A DNA stretch of 64,000 nt from Candidatus Saccharimonadales bacterium (GTDB lineage Bacteria; Patescibacteriota; Saccharimonadia; Saccharimonadales; 2-12-FULL-41-12), in NCBI GenBank assembly GCA_025451045.1, contig JANWLD010000001.1, positions 69,812-133,811 on the forward strand, read 5' to 3'. Below the pieces are notes generated by a model. The model did no database searches. It saw only the letters and a program-made list of their open reading frames with translations, and was not told the origin of the DNA. Below are positions 9,315-17,422 of the stretch, piece after piece. How positions within the stretch are numbered: position 1 is the first letter of the stretch; each line of letters starts with the position of its first letter. Made by a program: the position numbers and the translations under genes.

Positions 9315-9334
9315 CATACTAGCATACTAGTATG
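9315..9334 (-). promoter_or_regulatory. Candidate trp-operator-like site upstream of the trpB fusion
   Basis: catACTAGcatACTAGtatg, 6-25 nt upstream of the trpB ATG. It has two CTAG cores exactly 8 bp apart (9319 and 9327). 9323-9334 (catactagtatg) is a perfect 12-bp palindrome. Confidence 0.35.
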
Positions 9335-9371
9335 CAATATAAAAGTCTCTTTTCGTTTCGGCTCTGATAAA

Positions 9372-10397
9372 TTAAGCAGCCATTGGTAGATTGCCTGCCC
9401 TGGTCAAAGCTATCTCAACGTCCTGTTTCATTTCAGCGGCTGATTTATACCTATCTTTAGAATCTTTTTTCGTCGCCCTTTCTACAATGGATACTATGTC
9501 ACTCGGAATCCCTCTCTCCAGTAATAAATCGAGGTCAATCGGTTCTTCTTTGTGCCTTCTAGCAATTTCTTTCGCACTTATTCTCTTTTTGGCTTCTTCT
9601 TGCGATATATTTTCATCAAAAATACTGTGTCCCGGTTCGGCATACTCCATTACTATCAAGTCTTTCATCTCTTCTTCTGTTACTTCATAAGGCAAGCGCC
9701 CGGCTAACATTTGATAGTAAGAAATACCTAAACTGTATATATCGCTGCTAATATCGACCCGTCCATTGCCAAGCTGTTCGGGAGACATATAATCAATAGT
9801 GCCGATAGAGGCACTTTTAGTCACCATCATTCCAAATCTCTGATAATGTTCCCAGGCTTTTATATGTTCTTTGGAATTTTCCTCAATTTCCCCGGACTTA
9901 ACCCGCTCGCTATATGGCCTAGGGGTGGCAGCTCCGAAATCGGTTAAAACTGCTCTTAGGGGAGCTTGGATGATATAGTTATCCGGCTTTAAATCGCGAA
10001 AAACAAAGTCATTCTCGTGCACTTCCACTACGGAAGCCAGCATGGAGTATAGCAACCTGCTAGCCGTTTCCGGCATACAAAAATTAGCAAAATTTGGTAT
10101 ATTTCTCCTGCCCAGTACAGGTTCCATGACTATATGGGGCGTAAAATGATCCGAATTATCTTCACGGATTTTTGTTACTTGTGGGTGGTCGATCAAGTTT
10201 TGTATCTGTGCTTCAGCCAGCAGGCTGGCTTTAGCTATTTCGTCAGCATCTTCCGGTAATTGTTTAATTACTACCAGTTCGCCAGTTTGTTTTTCTTCAG
10301 CATAAAATACCCTAGACATTCTAGATGCTTGGATAGGAAAAACTTCCCGATAGCCGGGTATCGCCTCAAGATCTGAGGCAGTAGGTGAATTTGGCAT
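9372..10397 (-). CDS. Ser/Thr protein kinase (Hanks type)
   Basis: 341 aa. VIKQL (VAIK-like), FRDLKPDNYI catalytic loop, TDFG and DYMSPEQ activation segment. Confidence 0.85.
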   Translation of the reverse strand: MPNSPTASDLEAIPGYREVFPIQASRMSRVFYAEEKQTGELVVIKQLPEDADEIAKASLLAEAQIQNLIDHPQVTKIREDNSDHFTPHIVMEPVLGRRNIPNFANFCMPETASRLLYSMLASVVEVHENDFVFRDLKPDNYIIQAPLRAVLTDFGAATPRPYSERVKSGEIEENSKEHIKAWEHYQRFGMMVTKSASIGTIDYMSPEQLGNGRVDISSDIYSLGISYYQMLAGRLPYEVTEEEMKDLIVMEYAEPGHSIFDENISQEEAKKRISAKEIARRHKEEPIDLDLLLERGIPSDIVSIVERATKKDSKDRYKSAAEMKQDVEIALTRAGNLPMAA

Positions 10398-10455
10398 TTA
10401 TTTATTTTACAATGTTTGTAAAAAATTGTATAGAATTAAAATCCAAATGAACGCG

Positions 10456-12099
10456 TTACATCATGCCCATGCCGCCCATGTCAGGCGCGGCAGAAGCCGG
10501 TGAGGATTTTTCAGGCACTTCAGCGACTAGAGCGCCCATGGTGATTGCCGTACCAGCAATTGATACCGCATTTTGGACCGCTTCTTTGGTAACGCGAGTT
10601 GGGTCGACTATTCCGACTGTCTTCAAGTCAACTAACTTGTCAGGTTTGTTTACATCAACACCCTGTCCTGGTTTTGCCGATTTTACTTTTGGCAACCATT
10701 CGTCGGCATTAAGTCCGGAATTCGATAACAGTATCCGAAACGGTTGTTCAAGAGCAGATTTAAGCAGGTTAGCGCCGGCAACTTCCGAATCATTGCCAGA
10801 AACCGCAACGGCAGTGGTGACGTTAACTAAGGTTACGCCACCGCCGGCTAGAATACCTTCATCAAGAGCCGCTTTTACGGCAGCTACGGCGTCGTCAACC
10901 CGATACTTCTTCTCTTCAATCTCTGTCTCGGTCGCGCCGCCGACTTTAATGACAGCAACTTTGCCTTGCAATGCTGCCCGGCGTTTCTCCAGATTTTCTT
11001 TGTCATAATCACTTGTAGAAGCTTTGGCTTGGGTGCTTATCTGGTCGATTCGCGCCTTTACTTCGGCCTGCGAGCCGCCGCCCTCGATAATCGTAGTGTT
11101 GTCTTTGTCGACGATTACTTTGCGCGCATTGCCGATAACATCAAGTCCAACATTTTCGAATGTCATGCCGCGGTCTTCGGTGATTACATCCGCGCCAGTC
11201 AGGATAGCTATATCTTGCAATATATCTTTTCGACGGTCACCAAATGCCGGAGCTTTCACACAAACAGCGTTCAACACGCCTTTCAGTTTGTTTAAAATCA
11301 AGGTTCCGAGTATCTCCCCTTCGACTTCCTCGGCGATAATTATCAAATCTTTTTTGCCAGCCTGGGCCAGTTTTTCCAAAATTGGCAAAAATTCCTGCGC
11401 GCTTGATATTTTCTTATCCGTTATGAGGATTGCCGGCTTATCCACGACGGCTTCCATCCGCGCCGTGTCAGTCACCATATAAGGGCTGACGAAGCCGCGG
11501 TCAAAAGTGAAGCCTTCCACCACTTCGCTTTCCAGCTCCAGGCTCTGTCCTTCTTCGACGGTAACTACGCCGTCTTTGCCGACTTTGTCGATTACATCGG
11601 CAATTAAATCGCCGATTTCCGAATCACCGGCTGAAATAGTAGCTACTTCGGCTACACGCTTCTTATTCGCCTTGATGTCCTCGCTTATCTTGGATAGTTG
11701 CTTTATGACATCTTGTGATGCTGCTTCGAGACCCTTGCGCAGCTGCATCGGGTCATGGCCTGCGGCAATCAGCTTGTTGGCTTCATTCAATATATGGTAA
11801 GTAAGCACGGTCACAGTAGTTGTGCCATCGCCAGCTACGTCGTTCATCTTGTTAGCAGCTTGCTTAATAAGCTCGGCGCCGACTTTGTAGCCCAGCGTTT
11901 CGTCGTCTACATCTTCCAGCTCTACGCCTTTAGCGACCGTAACGCCGTCATGGGTAACTGTCGGAGCGCCATAGCTTTTGCTAATGACCGCATTTCGGCC
12001 TTTTGGCCCCATTGTAGTCTTAACCGCATTGTATAGGATCTCCGCCCCGCCAAGCACCCTTCTGCGGGCATCATCATCATAAAAAACTTTTTTAGCCAT
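10456..12099 (-). CDS. groL: Chaperonin GroEL (60 kDa)
   Basis: 547 aa. AGDGTTTVTVL motif and the C-terminal GGMGMM tail. Confidence 0.97.
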   Translation of the reverse strand: MAKKVFYDDDARRRVLGGAEILYNAVKTTMGPKGRNAVISKSYGAPTVTHDGVTVAKGVELEDVDDETLGYKVGAELIKQAANKMNDVAGDGTTTVTVLTYHILNEANKLIAAGHDPMQLRKGLEAASQDVIKQLSKISEDIKANKKRVAEVATISAGDSEIGDLIADVIDKVGKDGVVTVEEGQSLELESEVVEGFTFDRGFVSPYMVTDTARMEAVVDKPAILITDKKISSAQEFLPILEKLAQAGKKDLIIIAEEVEGEILGTLILNKLKGVLNAVCVKAPAFGDRRKDILQDIAILTGADVITEDRGMTFENVGLDVIGNARKVIVDKDNTTIIEGGGSQAEVKARIDQISTQAKASTSDYDKENLEKRRAALQGKVAVIKVGGATETEIEEKKYRVDDAVAAVKAALDEGILAGGGVTLVNVTTAVAVSGNDSEVAGANLLKSALEQPFRILLSNSGLNADEWLPKVKSAKPGQGVDVNKPDKLVDLKTVGIVDPTRVTKEAVQNAVSIAGTAITMGALVAEVPEKSSPASAAPDMGGMGMM

Positions 12100-12111
12100 T
12101 CAAAACTCCTC

Positions 12112-12378
12112 TTATTTTACAGTCGCTAGGACGTCTTCTTCTTTAACCAATATGTATTCTTTGCCGTCGACTTTCACATCGTTGGTGCTATAGCCTTTAT
12201 AGAGGATTTTGTCACCGACTTTTAGGTCTTTGACCTGCTTGCCTACGGCTTTTACCGTAGCGATTTTTGGCTTCTCGGCCGCACTGTCCGGCAGATACAG
12301 GCCGCTGGCGGTTTTAGTTTGTGCTGCCTCTGCTTCACAGGCGACATAGTCGGCCAAGGGACTAATAGGAATACTCAC
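12112..12378 (-). CDS. groS: Co-chaperonin GroES
   Basis: 88 aa with a typical GroES fold sequence (SGLYLPDSAAEKP mobile loop). GTG start preceded by AAAGAGGAGG. Confidence 0.95.
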   Translation of the reverse strand: MSIPISPLADYVACEAEAAQTKTASGLYLPDSAAEKPKIATVKAVGKQVKDLKVGDKILYKGYSTNDVKVDGKEYILVKEEDVLATVK

Positions 12379-12441
12379 TGATTAAACCTCCTCTTTAGTT
12401 TCAATAAGGTTGATGAACCCTCGCAAAGAGCACCAACCTTT

Positions 12442-12468
12442 CTAGCACTCACTATAGCGGAGTGCTAA
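12442..12468 (-). promoter_or_regulatory. CIRCE element (HrcA operator)
   Basis: CTAGCACTC-N9-GAGTGCTAA against the consensus TTAGCACTC-N9-GAGTGCTAA. One mismatch, perfect 9-bp arms, located in the groES leader. Confidence 0.85.
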
Positions 12469-12480
12469 TTACCCTGTCAA
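12451..12480 (-). promoter_or_regulatory. Sigma-70-type promoter of groES-groEL overlapping CIRCE
   Basis: The minus strand reads TTGACA (12480-12475), an 18-nt spacer, then TATAGT (12456-12451). The -10 hexamer sits inside the CIRCE spacer and the -35 overlaps the last codons of the Mur ligase gene. Confidence 0.5.
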
Positions 12481-13763
12481 GAGATTTTGCGTAAGATTTC
12501 AGCAGCGATTCTTTGGTCGCTCCACGGTACCAGCTTGCCCGCTATATTGCGGCTATTCTCGTGCCCAAGACCAGTGATAAGCACCGCGTCATCTTTTTTG
12601 GCTTCTTTCAAAGCTCGGGTTATCGCTTCTTTCCTATCATCTACTACACTGGTTTTGTTGCCGCCCTTAGCCTCTTTAATGCCGGCTAGTACGTCATTTC
12701 TGATTTTTTCGGGATTCTCCGTATATGTTTCGTCATCTGTTAAATAAATAAAGTCCGCGTGTTTTGCGGCCGCCTTGCCCATAATCGGCCGTTTGCCTTT
12801 ATCTCTATCGCCAGTAGCGCCAAAGACTATCCTGACTTTGCCTTTAGTTGTTGCCTGAAGCGCGATAAGAGCTTTTTCCAATGCGTCGGGCGTGATGGCA
12901 AAATCTATTAAGACCCGAAAATTCTGCCCTTCATCAATCTCTTCCATACGGCCAGTTAATTCTGTCAAATTAGCTATCCCTTGCTCTATTTTTTTAGTCT
13001 CAATGCCCAAAATCAGCCCTGTTGCCGCCGCGGCGGCGGCGTTATAAACATTAAATTCACCAAGGATTTTGGGATTGATTTTCAGTCTTTTATCCTTAGT
13101 TTTCAGCTCGGCAGATGACTCGTTTCTTTGCAGTTTTATTTCGGAAATTACCATCGTTGAAGCCTTGTCTTTGCCAAAAGAAAAAACTTCGTCTATCGCC
13201 CTTTTTTCAAAGAAGTTGTACCACTTATCGTCACGGTTTAATACTGCGTATTTGGCGCCAAAACTTCGGAGCAATCGCGCCTTGGCGCTAGCGTAATTTT
13301 CGATGGTGCCATGATAGTCCAGATGATCTTGGGTCAAGTTAGTAACGACTGCGACTTCCACCGGTATACCGATTATCCTATCTTGGTCTAGGGCATGCGA
13401 CGTAACTTCCAAAACCACGAAATCAACATCGGCTCTTTTAGCTCGGGCAAAAAATGATTGCACGATTGACTGTTTATCAATAGTAAAATGGGTGTCATTT
13501 TGCACTCTCTTGCCTGCTACTTCATAAAATACGGTGTTGAGCACCGCTGTTTTGTATCCAGCGGCCTTTAAAATTTCATTTATGTACGCTGTTGTCGTGC
13601 TCTTGCCGTTGGTCCCTGTTACGGCAATAACCCGCATGCCGCGCGCCGGAAAGCCGTAGCGAGCCTGCCAAAGCACCCCCCTGCCCTTTCTGTAGCCCTT
13701 CTCAACCTGTTTTAACGCCGAATCCGGAATTATCTGCCGGGCCAGTTTTTTTAGCTTTTTCAC
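12477..13763 (-). CDS. Mur ligase family protein (MurE-like; short form lacking the N-terminal domain)
   Basis: 428 aa. The AVTGTNGKSTT P-loop, a Mur ligase middle domain, and a C-terminal TDDETYTENP segment resembling the MurE DNPR region. Confidence 0.75.
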   Translation of the reverse strand: MKKLKKLARQIIPDSALKQVEKGYRKGRGVLWQARYGFPARGMRVIAVTGTNGKSTTTAYINEILKAAGYKTAVLNTVFYEVAGKRVQNDTHFTIDKQSIVQSFFARAKRADVDFVVLEVTSHALDQDRIIGIPVEVAVVTNLTQDHLDYHGTIENYASAKARLLRSFGAKYAVLNRDDKWYNFFEKRAIDEVFSFGKDKASTMVISEIKLQRNESSAELKTKDKRLKINPKILGEFNVYNAAAAAATGLILGIETKKIEQGIANLTELTGRMEEIDEGQNFRVLIDFAITPDALEKALIALQATTKGKVRIVFGATGDRDKGKRPIMGKAAAKHADFIYLTDDETYTENPEKIRNDVLAGIKEAKGGNKTSVVDDRKEAITRALKEAKKDDAVLITGLGHENSRNIAGKLVPWSDQRIAAEILRKIS

Positions 13764-13798
13764 CCTTTAATACTAACAAATACTACGGCTAAGCCGGA

Positions 13799-16060
13799 TT
13801 AACGGTTACGCCTGCGAAGTTTGGCAGCGGCAACGGCCGTCTTTCTAGCCGCTCTTTTAGCTATGGCTTTAGGACGGTTTTGTTCGGCTTGGTCCCTTTG
13901 CCAATTGATATAATCTTTGATTGCTGCTTCTTTTGTACTGTTCGGTGGCTGGCTAAGTAATTCATCGAGGTTGCCATCCCAGTTTTCTTTGAACTCCTCG
14001 GCTTTAACGGCAGCTTCGTCCATCTTATTTCGGACGGCGGCGTCGACCTGCATATTCCCTTGATGTACGCGGTCTAAGCCTCTGCTAAATGCACGCTTTG
14101 CCTGTGCGCTAACAGTATGTTCAGCCTGCCATTTTCTGTAATCGGCAAGCGCCCTGAAAGCTATGTCATTTGCCGTAACAAATGCCGGCACTTCAAGCTC
14201 TTCTTCCCTGCCCGGCTGAGTGGAAGCCCACTCGCTCGCCAAATCGGGTTCATTTTGCCAATCATAGACTCCTGATTCCAGCTCTTCGGTAGGTTGTTCA
14301 TGATATCCCGGGCCGTCCTTGGCAAAAATCCAATCAGGCTCATAGCCTGAAGACGTAGCTCCCTGCTGTTCCAAACGGCCTACAAGGTCATCCATGTGCC
14401 TGAAAGGATCGAACGCCAAACTATTATCCGAAAGCCTCTCTAGGTCGTGGCGAGCCGCCTCTATTCTTTTTTTATTTTCTTCGTTATCTTCTCTTTGTTG
14501 GGCGGCAATGTATCTTTTTAATCTGGTTTCCGCCGTTTCTCGTTGATGTTGAAGGGTTTGAAGCGAAGTAGTCTTTCTAAATTCCGGCCTGCTAGAATCC
14601 AAGTGTAATTTCCTTCTGCCTTTGGCATCAAACATCATGCGCGCACTTACCGGTACGTTCCCGTCATGCTGCTGTCCGGAAATATGAAAATCCTCGGCAG
14701 TGTTGATTTCCACGCTTTTAAGCTTCATGCCGCCGCCAATATCCTGGCCAATTATTAGATCTTTTAGCTTTTCATCCGGTTCCAATTCCCTAACGCCTAT
14801 AAGTTTGGGTTCAGGGGTTGCCGTGCTGGTCTTGCTGGAACGGCTCATGTCTATCTCGTAAATCTTGTTGCCTTTTATATAGCGCACGACGTGTCCGCCT
14901 TGGCCGTCTTTAGCATGCATGATTATCTGGCGGCCATCGCGCATAGCTTCAGGGTTATCGGCCCAGCGCATTACGTCGCCTTCGGTAGTATAAAGCTGTT
15001 CTACCTTTGCTTTTCCGCCCTTGAAACTGCCATCCGGTTGTTTCATCATATCCCGGCCGTATTCCAAATAAGTAGGATGAGTGAAAGACTCAGCTTCCTC
15101 TGGAGTCTGTGCACCCTCTTGGTCCTCCGTTGTCGGTGGCTCAGTATCCGAATCAAGGTTGTCCAGCGGATCTTGATTCTTTTCTTCCGGGCTTGGTTGC
15201 CATTGTGCCAACTCGCTGGCCAATACCCATTTTTCGGTACCTTTTTCACCTTCATTGGCCGGTGGTTTTATAACGCGGACTATAAGTCCTTTCTCCGGAT
15301 CTTGTTCATACCCACCTACTTGCCAGCCGCTTTCTATTTCACCCGAGGAGCGCTTTACGCTGACTGGTGCATTGCGTAAAAGGCCCCCCTGTTCAGATGT
15401 TTCAGCTATTGGAGCACCTTCTGTAATAGGTGTAAAAATAGGATGGGAAAGGGCTGAAAGTCCAGGGGGGTTTAGGCCGACAGCCTCTAGTTGCTGTAAT
15501 TGCTCTTCCGGCCGTTTTCCCCAACCGACAAATTTATCCAGAGAGTCTGACTTCAGAGTTCCTTCTTGATCCCTGTAGCTCATCACATGCTGCGGAATGG
15601 TGGTAAGGGTAGCATACTGTTCACTCGGCTCGGAAGAAGTCCCCAAATAGTCCGTGATATCCACTTCCTCAGCCTTATCCGGATCTCCATCTGAACTTAA
15701 GTAAGCTTTGCCCTTTAGGGCATCGACTACTTCTTCGGTAAAGCGCGGATCTCGTTCAAGCAGTTTCTGAGTATCTGCCTCGGATACTGCAGACGTAGGC
15801 AAAGCCCCTATCCCCTCAGGAGGGACCGGGGGTTCAGGAGTCGGGGGCAGTTCAAGATGTTCGGTTGGTACTTCCGATGCCTCGGCAGAAAGATCTCCGG
15901 CAACCAAAAGACCGCTATCTTGCTTCTTCACATTGTAGCCTGCGAAAGAATCGGATGGCGGTTGGTTGTTACCGGGGAATTTTTCATCCATAAAAATTTT
16001 TTGATTTTTTTGTTTTTGTTGAAACTCTAATACTCTAGCAAATTTTTCCCGTTTTGTCAA
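13799..16060 (-). CDS. Large acidic hypothetical protein with Arg/Lys-rich C-terminal tail
   Basis: 753-aa uninterrupted ORF. No TM segment, signal peptide or motif that I recognise. C-terminus is KAIAKRAARKTAVAAAKLRRRNR. Confidence 0.6.
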   Translation of the reverse strand: MTKREKFARVLEFQQKQKNQKIFMDEKFPGNNQPPSDSFAGYNVKKQDSGLLVAGDLSAEASEVPTEHLELPPTPEPPVPPEGIGALPTSAVSEADTQKLLERDPRFTEEVVDALKGKAYLSSDGDPDKAEEVDITDYLGTSSEPSEQYATLTTIPQHVMSYRDQEGTLKSDSLDKFVGWGKRPEEQLQQLEAVGLNPPGLSALSHPIFTPITEGAPIAETSEQGGLLRNAPVSVKRSSGEIESGWQVGGYEQDPEKGLIVRVIKPPANEGEKGTEKWVLASELAQWQPSPEEKNQDPLDNLDSDTEPPTTEDQEGAQTPEEAESFTHPTYLEYGRDMMKQPDGSFKGGKAKVEQLYTTEGDVMRWADNPEAMRDGRQIIMHAKDGQGGHVVRYIKGNKIYEIDMSRSSKTSTATPEPKLIGVRELEPDEKLKDLIIGQDIGGGMKLKSVEINTAEDFHISGQQHDGNVPVSARMMFDAKGRRKLHLDSSRPEFRKTTSLQTLQHQRETAETRLKRYIAAQQREDNEENKKRIEAARHDLERLSDNSLAFDPFRHMDDLVGRLEQQGATSSGYEPDWIFAKDGPGYHEQPTEELESGVYDWQNEPDLASEWASTQPGREEELEVPAFVTANDIAFRALADYRKWQAEHTVSAQAKRAFSRGLDRVHQGNMQVDAAVRNKMDEAAVKAEEFKENWDGNLDELLSQPPNSTKEAAIKDYINWQRDQAEQNRPKAIAKRAARKTAVAAAKLRRRNR

Positions 16061-16262
16061 GGGTAGCGCCCCTTGCGTGCTATTATTTGACCATGCTTTT
16101 AGCCCAGACCTTCATGCTTGGATGGAAAATTAAACTTCTTGATGAGAAACGGACAGAGCCGTACAAGAGGTACGGTGAGAGGAGTATCGCAAACAAAAGT
16201 TTAATTTGCCGCCGAGAGCGCCGCGGTGCAACCAGCTTTACTGGTTGGCAGGCAGGTGCGGC

Positions 16263-17297
16263 ATGAAGGTTTTGGGGATTGAGACCAGTTGTGATGAAAC
16301 AGCAGCCGCGGTTGTTGAAGACGGCCACAAACTCCTTTCAAATGTAGTGGCCAGCTCGGTTGATCTGCACATGGCCTATGGCGGCGTGGTGCCGGAAATT
16401 GCCGCCAGAAGCCATATTGAAGCAATAAATCCGGTTATCCGCCAAGCATTAAAGGAAGCCAGCTGCAACTGGAGTAACATAGACGCCGTAGCCGTAACCT
16501 ACGGACCGGGTTTAGGCGGTAGTCTGCTGGTAGGTGTTTTAACTGCCCGGACGCTGGCGATAATTCATCAAAAACCCTTGTATGCCGTTAATCACGTACA
16601 GGCTCATGCCTACGCCGCTTTTGTAACTGAGGTTGACGAGCAGCCGGAATTCCCCCTGCTCGCTCTGATTGTCAGCGGTGGGCACACCCAGCTGGTACTG
16701 TTTAAAGACCATTTTAACTACCAGGTCTTGGGCCGTACTTCTGATGATGCGGCCGGCGAAGCATTTGACAAGGTAGCGAAAATGCTCGGTTTGCCCTACC
16801 CTGGCGGGCCAAGCGTGGAGAAACTGGCAGAAAAAGGCAATCCCAATAAGCATAAATTCCCAAAGGCCAAGATGTCAGATAAATACGGATTTAGTTATTC
16901 CGGGCTTAAAACAGCCGTGTTGCGGGCCGCCCAATCCGCCATCGGCGAAGATTACAACTTCCCTTCCCATAAACTAGCTGACAAGCTCACAAACGCGCAG
17001 AAAGCTGATATCGCGGCCAGTTTCTCGCGAGTCGCGATAGAGATGCTGGTAGACAAAACTGTTTTGGCACATGAACAGTTTGCGCCAAAAAGCGTGGTGG
17101 TAGCCGGCGGAGTATCGGCCAGCCCCGAACTACGGCAGCAAATGGATGCCAAGTTGCCGATAAAAGCTTATTTTCCAGACATTAAACTCTGTACCGACAA
17201 CGGTGCAATGATAGCGGTAACGGGCTATTTTCTAGCCCGCAAGGGTCAAAAAGTAAATCCCAAGAAACTTGACACTGTGCCAAGTTTGTCGATGTAA
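16263..17297 (+). CDS. tsaD: tRNA N6-adenosine threonylcarbamoyltransferase
   Basis: MKVLGIETSCDETAAAVV from the ATG at 16263, so the track start at 16206 is probably an upstream extension. Also HIEAH-type metal motif and GGVSAN-like GGVSAS. Confidence 0.9.
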   Translation: MKVLGIETSCDETAAAVVEDGHKLLSNVVASSVDLHMAYGGVVPEIAARSHIEAINPVIRQALKEASCNWSNIDAVAVTYGPGLGGSLLVGVLTARTLAIIHQKPLYAVNHVQAHAYAAFVTEVDEQPEFPLLALIVSGGHTQLVLFKDHFNYQVLGRTSDDAAGEAFDKVAKMLGLPYPGGPSVEKLAEKGNPNKHKFPKAKMSDKYGFSYSGLKTAVLRAAQSAIGEDYNFPSHKLADKLTNAQKADIAASFSRVAIEMLVDKTVLAHEQFAPKSVVVAGGVSASPELRQQMDAKLPIKAYFPDIKLCTDNGAMIAVTGYFLARKGQKVNPKKLDTVPSLSM

Positions 17298-17422
17298 AAC
17301 TTATATCGTCAGGTTTTTTGGTTCACGTGAAGATTATGGTGTAGTAATTAACAAATTATTAAAAATGAAGAGCAGGATTATGGCTTTATACGTTTTTACA
17401 GAGGTGATATACTAGCTTGTTG

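Noticed and set aside
10463-12036. Several long plus-strand ORFs (181, 109, 152, 97 and 93 aa) opposite groEL. Similar antisense ORFs lie opposite argG, pgi, valS, virB4, the hydrolase genes and others.
   Set aside because: They lie antisense to genes with unmistakable conserved motifs, are low-complexity (Ser/Ala/Thr-rich) and have no motifs of their own. They are shadow ORFs of the real coding strand.
16083-16425. Minus-strand ORFs (81 and 74 aa), and the 19-codon N-terminal extension of tsaD starting at 16206.
   Set aside because: The canonical TsaD N-terminus MKVLGIETSCDET begins at the ATG at 16263. The upstream residues and the opposing ORFs are Arg/Pro/Cys-rich and look non-coding.
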